Positions 1 to 10,164 of a DNA stretch of 64,000 nt are shown piece after piece (the stretch's first letter is position 1; each line of letters opens with the position of its first letter). Origin of the DNA: Stegostoma tigrinum (lineage: Eukaryota). Below the pieces are notes generated by a model. That model had not been told where the DNA came from. It searched no databases and saw nothing but the letters and a program-made list of their open reading frames with translations. The position numbers and the translations under genes were made by a program. The stretch spans positions 9,296,566 to 9,360,565 of the forward strand of contig NC_081381.1 of the NCBI RefSeq assembly GCF_030684315.1, given 5' to 3'.

Positions 1-250
1 TCACCAGTCGCCGCCCCCGACGCTCCTCCTGTGGAGCCTCCCGACCCCAGGCCCAGCTGCACTGTCTCCGGGTTCATCGCGAGCGACGATCAGCACCTCA
101 CCCTTGAGCAGCCATCATTGGGCTCAGAAACGGCTTTCTTTCCGGTCCTCGGGTAAACCCCTCCCACCGGCACCGGAAACACTCGGCCCCAAACCTCGGT
201 TCCATGTACAGTTCGTCCCCCAACGGCCCAGCAAAGGACACATTGAACTA
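1..250 (-). promoter_or_regulatory. GC/CpG-rich segment, possible promoter or first exon of a divergently transcribed gene
   Basis: CpG-rich with ETS-like CCGGAA motifs (~140 and ~173). On the minus strand an ATG at 77 reads MNPETVQLGLGSGGSTGGASGAAT into a possible donor G|GTGA at 5/4. Product not recognised. Confidence 0.35.
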
Positions 251-744
251 AATTAAACCATCTCCCGCTCTTTTGTGATTGCCTTGGCCCAGATATTAAA
301 ATCTAGCAAATTTCCCCTGCACACATCCAGCAAGACCAGGTATTCAGAGGCACTGCAGTTAAAGCCAGTTAAGGCCATCCTGACTGTGTGTGTGTGTAAG
401 GAACCTGGCGTGAAATAGGGAACAGCCTCCCAACCAAGCGTGCTCACTCACTAAGCAAAACTGGTTCATTATAATCGGATAATGAGAAAAATTACATTTT
501 AAAAAGTGTAAAAGTAATTTCTGCAGTGTGGGCAGGAGCTTGTACCGATACTTATTCAAAGTCCGGCTCTTTCCCAGCTTTATCAGACTTCTGAATGGAC
601 CTCTCAAATTTTAACTTTGTTGTTAATGTCGCTCACCATACACCTCTCTGTGTTGTACACTCGCTCTATGCTCTGTTCTAATTCCCTAATGCACATTGTA
701 TCATAGGATCTGCCTGTACCGAACGCAAAGCAAAACTTTTCACG

Positions 745-2335
745 CCGAGGCCAGGCATCAAATCTCCGACACCTCCTCCTACCGCTCCCTGGATCATCGT
801 CCCACCCCTGACCACTAAACCATCATCTCCAACACCATCCACAACCTCATCACCTCAGGTGACCTCCCACCCACAGCCTCCAATCTCATCATTCCGCAGC
901 CCCACACTGCCCGCTTCTATCTCCTTCCCAAAATCCACAAACCTGCCTGCCCTGGTCGACCCACTGTTTCCGGCTGCTCTTGCCCCACCGAACTTATCTC
1001 CACCTATCTCGACTCAGGCAACCAGCTTGTAACTGATATCCATTTCAAACCCAACGACTCCCACAGCTATCTAGAATACACCTCCTCCCACCCACCTTCC
1101 TGCAAAAATGACATCCCCTATTCCCAATTCCTTCGCCTCTGCCACATCTGCTCCCAGGATGAGGCATCCTCAAGTGTTCTCATTTTTCAAGGACCACAAG
1201 TTCCCTCCCCCCTCCTCAGTGGTCGAGAACGCTCTCGATCATGTCTCCCGCATTTCCCGCAACTTATCCCTCACACCCTCTTCCGGCAATAACAACCAAA
1301 ACAGAATCCTCTTTGTCCTCATGTACCACCCCACCAAATCAAGACAATTTTCCCTCCCCACCCTTATCTGCTTTCCGGAGGGACGGCTTTCTCTGGGACT
1401 CCCTTATCCACTCCACACTCCCTTCCAGCCCCACAACACCCAGCACTTTTCCCTGCAACTGCAGGAAGTACTACACCTGCCCCTACACCTTCCCAGGTCC
1501 CAAGAAGACTTCCACATCAAGCAGATGTTCACCTGCACATCTGCTAATCTGCTATATTGAATCCAATGTTCCCGTTGTGGCCTCCTCTCTGTCAGGGAAA
1601 CCAAGTGGAGGCTTGGTGACCACTTTGCAGAACACCTATGCTCAGTTCGCGCTAAACAACTGCATCTCCCAGTCGTGAACTCCCCCTCCCATTCCTCAGA
1701 CGGCATGTTCATCCTGGACCTCCTGCAGTGCCACATGATGCCACCCGAAGGTTGCAGGAACAGCAACTCATATTCCACTTGGGAACCCTGCAGCCCAATG
1801 GTATCAATGTGGACTTCACAAGCTTCAAAATCTCCCCTCCCCCAACTGCATCCTGAAACCAGTCCAGCTTGTCCCCACCTCCCTAACCTGTCCTTTCTCT
1901 CACCAATCCCATCCTGCCCCCTTGACCTGCCTGTCCTTCCTGGACTGACATATCTCCCCACCTACACTCACCTTTACTGGCTCCATCCCCACCTCTTTGA
2001 CCTGTCTGTCTCCTCTCCACCCATCTTCTCTATTCATCTTCTATCTGCGTCCCCCTCTCTCCCTATTTATTTCAGAACCCCCCTTCCCCTCCCCCCTCCC
2101 CCCTCCCCCACCCCCTCCCCCAGTTTTGAAGAAGGGTCTAGGCCTGAAACAACAGCATTCCTGCTCCTCTGATGCTATTTGGCCTGATGAGTTCATCCAG
2201 GTCCACACTTTGTTATCTCAGCCTGCCAAGTCAGTTTTCCCGCTCCTCTGATGCTGCTTAGCCTGCTGCGTTCATCCAGCTCAACACCTTGTCTATCTCA
2301 GACTCTCCAGCATCTGCAGTTGCTACTATCTCTGA
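745..2335 (+). mobile_element. Penelope-like retroelement, decayed and internally deleted (RT C-terminal part, GIY-YIG endonuclease, pLTR tail)
   Basis: Frameshifted translation gives IHFKPNDSHSYLEYTSSHPPSCKNDIPYSQFLRL and FTCTSANLLY*IQCSRCGLL..RETKWRLGDHFAEH (GIY-YIG-like). It ends in a partly duplicated pLTR with a degenerate hammerhead motif (ttgaagaagggtctaggcctgaaac, ~2126). Confidence 0.75.
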
Positions 2336-2529
2336 AACTTTTCACTAGGTATGTGGAAATAATTTGACTTGGGGCTAGGGTTAGGCATCAACAAACTGCA
2401 TAAAAGTACAGGTTCAAGTTAACAGTAATAGGCTGATTTATTTATTGTTTTATTGTTGCATGTACCAAGATACAGTGAAAAGTGTTGGTCTGTGTGCCAT
2501 ACAGGCAGATCGTAAAGGGTAGCAAAACA

Positions 2530-3009
2530 CAGGTTACTGATACAGTGTTACAGATAGTGTTACAGATACAGATACAGTGTTACAGACAGATAGTGTTACA
2601 GATACAGTGTTACGGATAGCGTTACAGATAGATAGTGTTACAGATACAGTGTTACAGATAGTGTTACAGATAGATAGTGTTACAGATAGATAGTGTTACA
2701 GATCGTGTTAGATACAGATACAATGTTACAGATACAGTGTTACAGACAGATAGTGTTACAGATAGTGTTACAGATACAGATACAATGTTACAGATACAGT
2801 GTTACGGATAGTGTTACAGATAGATAGTGTTACAGATGCAGTGTTACAGATAGATAGTGTTATAGATACAGTGTTACAGATAGTGTTACAGATAGATAGT
2901 GTTACAGATACAGATGCAGTGTTACAGATAGATAGTGTTATAGATACAGTGTTACAGATAGTGTTACAGATAGATAGTGTTACAGATACAGAGAGAGAGA
3001 GAGAGAGAT
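2530..3009. repeat. Minisatellite built from GTGTTACAGATA with CA/GATA spacer variants, ending in (GA)n
   Basis: Directly visible tandem array of about 30 variable 12-18 bp units. Confidence 0.95.
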
Positions 3010-3184
3010 CAAAATTAACATTTGACAGGTCCGTTCAAAAGTCGTACAACTATGGTCACCGGACCTGAAACATTAACTGTTTTTCCCTTCACAGACACTG
3101 CCAGACCTGCTGAGCTTTTCCAGCAATTTCTGTTTTTGTTCCTGATTGACAGCATCCGCACTCCTTTCGGTTTCTTTTCAACTT

Positions 3185-3483
3185 TGGGCCGGAGGCGGGG
3201 CGTTTGGGTGTTGGGCGGGGTTTGTTGCTGTGGGGGTGGGGTTTAGTGACGTGAGGCGGTTTGGGGACGTTGGGGCGGGGTTCGGTTGTCTAGGGGGTGT
3301 GGTGTTTTAGCGTGGGGCGGGGCTTGATGATGTGCAAGAGCGTTTCGGGGACGTGGGGCGGGGTTTGTTGCCGTGGGCGGGGCTTGGGGCTGGCTCTGCG
3401 CCGCGCAGGCTTTCGGCCTGTCTGTCTCCGGTTTCGGGTGGGCGGTTGTGCGCTGCTGTTTTCAGTGAAGAGTTAGCAGGGTG
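3185..3483 (+). promoter_or_regulatory. PPIH promoter/5' region: GC-box cluster, G-rich CpG island
   Basis: Multiple GGGGCGGGG/GGGCGGGG (Sp1/KLF) boxes immediately upstream of the PPIH ATG; no TATA box seen. Confidence 0.75.
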
Positions 3484-3549
3484 ATGGCGGGGGTCCCGTC
3501 CAACCCTAACAACCCTGTCGTTTTCTTCGATATCACCATCGGCGGCCAG
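3484..3549 (+). CDS. PPIH: Peptidyl-prolyl isomerase H (cyclophilin H) coding exon 1, MAGVPSNPNNPVVFFDITIGGQ
   Basis: ATG at 3484, cyclophilin N-terminal motif NPVVFFDITIGG, donor CAG|GTAAGC. Confidence 0.96.
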
Positions 3550-3741
3550 GTAAGCGACAGGAGAGAGACCGGGAGTGGAGCGGCCCTGCTCCTCTAAGTC
3601 TGGCGCCATTCGATGTCGAGGAAAACTGGCCGTTTATTAAATCGTGAGGGTCCGGGAAATATAAACTAAGCCCGTTTACTCTCAGGGGAAAAAAAAATCG
3701 GCCTTTCCAACAGCACAGGCTGAAGCCCGTTAGTTGGCCGG

Positions 3742-3912
3742 GATAACACAGTGTGGAGCTGGACGAACACAGCGGGCCGGGCAGCAGGAAAGCTGACGTT
3801 TCGGGTCGGGACCTTTCTTCAGAAACATCAGCTTTCCTGCTCCTCTGCTGCCTGGCCCGCTGTGTTCGTCCAGCTCCACACTTCGTTTTCTCTGACTCCG
3901 CCATCGGCAGCT
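3742..3912. mobile_element. Penelope pLTR-derived short element in an inverted arrangement
   Basis: Arms gtgtggagctggacgaacacagcgggcc and ggcccgctgtgttcgtccagctccacac flank a minus-strand hammerhead-like motif at 3795-3822. Confidence 0.7.
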
Positions 3913-3924
3913 CTTAGTATCACC

Positions 3925-4185
3925 GTAGTAATTGGCTGGCCCGCGTTCGAATGCGCTTCTTGATTGGCTGGTCCGCTCGGACCTGCGCTCTCTGATTGGT
4001 CATCGCTTTCGTAACCGCCCTTTGAGGTTGTCTGCCATTCCAAGATCCTGTTGTGATTGGACCCTAGTATTCGGGCTTTGTTTCCGATTGGCTGATATTC
4101 TGGTAGCCGGCTCTGAATGGTTGTTGGGATGATCTTACCCATTGGCCAGCACCGAGTGTGAGTGGCAGCGGCAGCGGCCAATGAG
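3925..4185. promoter_or_regulatory. Phased CCAAT-box (NF-Y) array in PPIH intron 1
   Basis: ATTGG at 3931, 3963, 3995, 4056, 4087, 4141; AATGG at 4116; CCAAT at ~4178. Confidence 0.6.
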
Positions 4186-4302
4186 TCTCCAGGAGCCCAA
4201 GGTCTACCTACACCCTGGCCTGGACACCATCAAGCGGGGAGTTCTTGTTATTTACCACGTGGGCAATGTTCAATGTTCTCGGACAACAGGGCACAAAAGC
4301 TC

Positions 4303-4433
4303 AGAGATAATGGGAACTGCAGATGCTGGAGATTCCAAGATAATAAAATGTGAGGCTGGATGAACACAGCAGGCCAAGCAGCATCTCAGGAGCGCAAAAG
4401 CTGACGTTTCGGGCCTAGACCCTTCATCAGAAA
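4303..4433 (-). mobile_element. Penelope pLTR-derived short element
   Basis: Same family as the 2126-2335 tail (ctccagcatctgcagttcc.. end) in reverse orientation. Confidence 0.75.
4400..4433 (-). ncRNA. Minimal type I hammerhead ribozyme motif
   Basis: Minus strand reads CUGAUGA-A-GGGU(CUAG)GCCC-GAAA-C-GUC-AGC: catalytic boxes, 4-bp stem II and a GUC cleavage triplet. Confidence 0.6.
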
Positions 4434-4719
4434 AGTTCTGAGTCTGGTACTAATCCACTGAGGGCCAGGAGAGGCATTGCTGGTGCTTGCGATCCAGGGT
4501 GAAAACGTCAATTGCAAAAGAGCTGATTTCTTTGGAATGAGAATGGATCTGGTTCAGATTCTTTGGAATCAAACTTGCAAATAAGTTTTTTTTAATTGAA
4601 TTAGCTGTTTTTTTAGAAAAAGCAATTGAAGTACATTCCCAAAAGTGCAGTATTGTGCAAAGAAAGCCAGATGACAAAAGGGATGAATTTTAAACTGAAC
4701 CTGTTAAAGGTACTTAGGG

Positions 4720-5115
4720 AGTCATAGAGCATGGAAATAGACCCTTCAGTCCATGCCAAACATATTCCCAAACTAAACTCGTCCCACTTGCTTACTTCTG
4801 GCCCATATTCCTCCAAACCTTTCCTATTCCTGTACTTACCCAGTGTCTTAAATATTCTAGTTGTACCTGCATATGCCACTTCCTCAGGAAATTCATTCCA
4901 CACATGAACTACCTTATGTAAAAATAAAAAAGAGTCTTTTTGAAGTCTCTCTCCTCTCACCTCAAAAAAAATGTGTCCTCTGGTCTTGAAATGCCCTATC
5001 CTAGGGAAAATACTGGAAAATACATTAACTCCGTCTATACCCTTTTTTTAAAAAAACATCTTTTAAGGTGGCTTCTCGACCTCCTAGTGGAAGAAGTCTG
5101 AGCCTATGCAGCCTT
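4720..5115 (-). mobile_element. CR1 LINE 3' fragment
   Basis: Minus ORF VVHVWNEFPEEV matches the CR1 ORF2 C-terminus; ctatgac-type tail. Confidence 0.8.
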
Positions 5116-5697
5116 TCCAGGAGGTTGACTTTACCTCCCTGAAGCTGTTAAAGTGGAAGCTACAATTTCAGGCAAGGGACTAGCAGCATCTCTCCCCATC
5201 CCACATTTTCTATACATTGAATAATAATGAATTGTGTGTGGGGAAAAAATATCAGGGATTTAGCTATCAAAGTAAATCTGTATTATACAAATTGAAGGGG
5301 ATGAGAAGAGATAATGTTAACTGAACTTCTTCGGGCTTGGAGAAAAGGCAAAGCAAGCACCTCATCAATCCGAATTTTTAAAAATATCTTTTTGTAACAA
5401 AGTATTTTATTTGCCACTCAGCCCAGAGATGGTTCTATACCACACCTTATTCATCTTTAAGTAAGCTTGCCTCTTCCCTGTTGATGGAAGATGTGGAAGA
5501 CAAGTCAAATTAACTTGGACAGCCCACGGAAAACCCAATGAACAGCAACAGGCTGCAGAGTCTGGGAGGGGAGCGACTAGGGAACACTGGCAGTATCTAG
5601 TGGTTTTATTCTACAAGTTGTACCTGAAACATAGATTTTACTGCATGATACGTGGAGCTGTAAGGACTTGACACAATAGTTGCAGCCTGGATACAGG

Positions 5698-6365
5698 AGA
5701 GATGATGGCTTAGTGGTCTTATCACTAGAGCATTAATCCAGAGTCCCAGATAATGTTCTGGGGACCTGGGTTCGAATCCAGCCACGGTAAATGGTGAAAT
5801 TTGAATTCAATAAATGTCTGGCATGAGGAGTTGGTGGGTGACCATTAAATCATTGTCCATTGTTGGAAAAACCCATCTGGTTCACTGCATGAAAAAAGAG
5901 AACATGAAATATACCTTTAAAGGGAATGCTCTTTTCAGGTGATTAAGGTGTTCATCACCAAAGACCTTATGACAATACCCCAAGATGTTCCACAGCAGCA
6001 TTATAAAATGAAATATTACACAGAGATATACTAGGACATATTAAACCAGGTGACCAAAAGCTTTGTCAAAATGTTAAGGGAGGAATGCAAGAGTGTTTTT
6101 TTCATTCCTTTACTGGTAAGCCAGCATGTATGCCTGTTATTTATTGCCATTTGAACAAAGTGTCTTGCTGGACCATTTCAGAGGGCAATTAGGAGTCAAC
6201 CGTATTCCTGCCCTTTAGGGAAGGAAACTGCTGCCCTTCCCTGGTCAGGCCTACGTGTGATCCCAGACCTACAGTGACGTGGTCGACTTTAACTGCCCTC
6301 TGGGCAATTAGGGATGGGTAGTAAATGCTGGCCCAACCAGTGATGCACACATCCCGCAATGAATA
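5698..6365 (+). mobile_element. tRNA-derived SINE interrupted by other repeat fragments; related copies at ~26895-27045 (-), ~43800-44310, ~55600-55950, ~63430-63490
   Basis: A-box tggcttagtgg, B-box ggttcgaatcc; body and tail (gggcaattagggatggg..aaatgctggcc) recur in the window. Confidence 0.65.
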
Positions 6366-6606
6366 AGAAAAGGTCTCTTGGGATGTTTCTGCATAATCAG
6401 TTGAATCCTGCAGATGCAGTATGGTCAGCCTTTATGCAAACCATGTTCATATTAACAATCCTGAGACAATGTCCCAGACCCCATTTGTTCAGCAACAGGA
6501 GTGTTACAACATTTATTTGTTCACAGTTCACCTTTAAATGTCGATTGAAGTTGTGCCGTAAACTCTCAAACCAAATTATACAGGTGAACTTATTTATTTA
6601 TAACAG

Positions 6607-6671
6607 GAGGTGGGGCGCATGAAGATTGAACTGTTTGCTGATGTAGTGCCAAGGGTAGCAGAGAACATCAG
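6607..6671 (+). CDS. PPIH: PPIH exon 2, [22 protein letters not shown]
   Basis: Acceptor taacag, donor AG|GTATCA; frame continues from exon 1. Confidence 0.95.
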
Positions 6672-6764
6672 GTATCACACTGCATTTCAATCTCTTCAAT
6701 AATACTTCCTGTAATCATCAATTAATCTTGCTTTATTTATGATTTTATACTTTTTCTATTTTAG

Positions 6765-6788
6765 GCAGTTCTGCACTGGAGAATTCAG
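6765..6788 (+). CDS. PPIH: PPIH exon 3 (24-nt microexon), QFCTGEFR
   Basis: Polypyrimidine tract with ttttag acceptor; donor AG|GTCAGT. Confidence 0.95.
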
Positions 6789-7870
6789 GTCAGTACTGGT
6801 TGTATTGTATTTACAGTATTTGATCTTGTTTTGATGTTAATAGCTTACCAGGAGGCTCCTAGTGTCACCCATACAAGAAATAAATTGTTCATCTCTTCTC
6901 AGCAACCAATCATGTAGTTTCTTTTCCTTCAGATCAGGGAGGAGCAGTGGCTTAAATCAGAGGCTGAGTCAGGCCTTTTGGTGGTCTCTTGAAGATTAAA
7001 CATGTCGCTGTTTGTTTTTATATACACATTTTCACCTGTGTTTCCTTAGCTTTTATCTTTCCTGATGTCAGGCTTTCTATACTCCCTGCACTAACAACTC
7101 CCCAACCTACTGAAGCCATTATTTTTGAATGAACGTGGTTGGTGAGCACTTTATTTCCTACTGTGAGGGCCATTGAATTGAAGCCCATGACTCAAATTGA
7201 TTGGTTAAGTGAACTCCTCAGCAACAAAATACAGCAACCCTGTTTGATTTGTTTTTCTTTTCGTCCTCCAGTTCTGGAGATAACAAACACATCATTCTGA
7301 CTTAGATCACCAAACTTTAGAGAGTGCAATTGAAAGCAGATGTTTTCTAACTTAATTCGTGTCAGATAAGGATAATAACATGGCATTTTGCTCTTTTTTT
7401 TAAGCAACAGAAGCCACTTTTCTCATTCTAATCTGCCTGTTCTCCAGCCACAATTCAAACTGCCATCCCCAAAGTGTTTTGAGCATGCTATTCATGCAGT
7501 GGATTGAAAACAAAAATGTGTGGTAAAGGAGCAAAGTGAAATGTTTGTTCTACATGAGTAGGAAATGCTCATGCAGGCCTTCAGATTGTGCTATTTGTTG
7601 TTCCCTTATTTTACACTGTTGCCTCAGTGAAATAATAAATTAGGCACCAACCACTAGAGGCCACTTCTGAAATAATGTAACTTGTGTATATCACCTGGAT
7701 AAATACAGTTGTTTGATCTATGACTTTGGGTCAGCCTGTAATGATTTTTGGATTGTGGCTGCTTTAAATTAAAAAAAAAACCCAAAAGCTTCTTAGAGAC
7801 GAGTGGTTCATGTCTGTTTACCTTGAATTCATTTATTAACAGCACAAACTGAAGAGTTTTCTTTCAACAG

Positions 7871-7915
7871 GAAGGACGGTGTTCCTGTAGGTTATAAAGG
7901 AAGTACATTTCACAG
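7871..7915 (+). CDS. PPIH: PPIH exon 4, KDGVPVGYKGSTFHR
   Basis: Acceptor caacag, donor AG|GTATGC; YKGSTFHR motif includes catalytic R67. Confidence 0.96.
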
Positions 7916-8472
7916 GTATGCCATAAATTTTACAACTTTCCTTGCGTTCTGCCGTAGTTATTATTGCTCAATCACGACTTCCTACGAAATAAAAACGGAG
8001 CAGAATTGGAGGAGAGTTGTATCTAACTGATAGGCTGGACAGCCTGCTCTTGTTCGTGTCGAGCCTGCTCAATACGTGAGGTTCTGGTTAGTGTATTATT
8101 AAATGGATATGGATGCAATGGAGACGGTACAAATTTACAAAGGTGGTATCAGAACTGCAAGGTTACATCCATTACTGAATTGTTATGGCACAAATGCAAG
8201 CCATTCAGCCCATCATGTCAACATCAGCTCTCCAAAGCAACACTCTTTTTAATGGTAGTTCCTCCCTTTTCCTTTTAGCCTTGCACATTCTTCCTTTTTG
8301 GCTAAGAATCCAATTCCCTCTTGAATGCCTTAATTGAATCTGCCTCCAATGCACCAGACCTTAAACACTCACTGCTAGGAGGGTTTTTCTTCTCTGCTTT
8401 GGTGAAGGAAACAATCACTTTAAGTCTGTGCCTCCATCCTTTCATTATTGGAGAAAACGCATAGACTGAAGT

Positions 8473-9186
8473 AGGCCCCAAAACTGCTTACGCTATTCCA
8501 AATGTGACCTGGCCGAGTTTTATACAGCCTCAGCAATTTGCCTTTGCTCTTGTATTCTAACCCTCTTGAAATGGAAGTTAGCGTTGCACTGCAATGACTG
8601 CCAGACTTTAATTTTAAACCGTCAAGTTTACTGCGATTGGACAGTCCTGAGAAATGAACCAGTGAATCACCAAATAAGGAAGTAATATTCTGTTTTGTTA
8701 CAAGCGTGAAATAGAAAACATTGGACATTGTATAGTTCAATGGTAATTTTGGGAAACAGAAATACAGATTTATTGGCAGCCACGCAATGTCAAATTCTCC
8801 ATAATTTTTGAAGATTTACTGAAGTGACTTTGTGGAAGTCTTCAAAAATTATAGACAATTTGACACTGTGAGTGCCAATAAATCTGTATTTCTGTTTCTC
8901 AAAATTACCATTGTGTAGTTCAATGTCCAATGTTTTCTATTTTATGCTTCTAACAAAACAAAGAACGTTACTTCCTTACTTGGTCATTCACTGGTTCATT
9001 TCTCAGGATTGACCAATTGCAGTAAACTTGCCTTGTTTAAAATTTCACCAATGTTCAGCAGTTAATGCAGTGCAATCTTAGCATTCGTTTCAAGAGGGTG
9101 AGAATACAAGAGCAAAGACGTATTGCTGAGGCTGTGTGAGACTCGGCCAGACTACCTTTGGAATAGTGTAAGCAGTTTTGAGGCCT
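8473..9186. repeat. Long imperfect inverted repeat (arms ~8473-8819 and ~8834-9186)
   Basis: For example gaaacagaaatacagatttattggca pairs with tgccaataaatctgtatttctgtttc, and ctttgctcttgtattct with agaatacaagagcaaag. Confidence 0.92.
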
Positions 9187-9680
9187 GTGTCTAGGGAAGG
9201 ATGTGTTAGCCTTGGAGAGGAACCAGAGGAGGTTTAAAAGAATGATCCCAGAAATCAAGATCTTTTCAGAGGAAGGCCATTTGAAAACTCTGGTCTGTAC
9301 TCAAAGTTTAGAATAATTATGGTGTGAGTGGCGGGATCTGATTGAAACTTGCAGAATACAGAGAAGCCTGGATAGAGTGGACATGGAGAAGATGTTGCCA
9401 CTGATTGGAGAGACCAGGACCTAAGGACAACCCTTTAGAAATGAAGTGAGGAGGAATTTCTTCAGCCAAAGGTTGGTGAACCTGTGGAAGTCATTGCTGC
9501 AGAAGGCTGTTGTGGCTGAGTCTTTGAGTGAGTGTATTTAAAACAGATTCTTGATTATTAAGGGGTTAAAGGGTTACAGGGAGAAGGTAGTAGATTGGGG
9601 GTTGAGAAACATACCAGCCACGATCGAATACTGAAGCAGACTCTATACACCAAATGCTCTGCTGTTATATCTTTTGTCAA
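9060..9680 (+). mobile_element. Old CR1 LINE 3' part
   Basis: Decayed SRG.EYKSK..LLRL and FFSQR.VNLWK motifs. Confidence 0.8.
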
Positions 9681-10164
9681 TCAGCATTTACGTGTGCATT
9701 CTCCAGTGCAAACCCTTGACCGCCCTGATCCCACTTGCCAACCAGTCAGTGCTGAGTTCTTATTCGGTATATATGTTGGTATGCCCCTTGAATTTTTACC
9801 CTTGTGAATTATCCTGATAAGTACAAGATGAAAAACTTTGACAAAATGCTCAGTTGCTTTCCATTGTTTGTAATTAGAGGCTACTTGAAACAGCATTCTC
9901 TCCAAATAGAATTACTAACAGCAATTTCTTGATTTTTGCTTATGTGGATTCCAAAGGTTGCTGCCAGCTTCAGAGGAGTAACAATGCTGAAAACTGATCA
10001 TTTCACTGCCATTATGGCTACAAGCCCCAGGCCTTTGTTTCAGGTGTGACCTGTCAAGAACCAGATCAGAATTGTAAATGAATATTATGTAGAAAGCAGC
10101 AAAAGATGGGGACAAGGATGAAAATACACTAGAGAGGAAATCAAATGACCTGTGATGACACAGA

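Noticed and set aside
100-118. Minus-strand MMAAQG resembling the RAN N-terminus
   Set aside because: Followed by TGA or a donor rather than EPQVQFK; too short to assign.
2530-3009. CRISPR-like array, or the 89-aa repetitive ORF at 2799-3068
   Set aside because: No unique spacers and the context is eukaryotic; the ORF is only the translated minisatellite.
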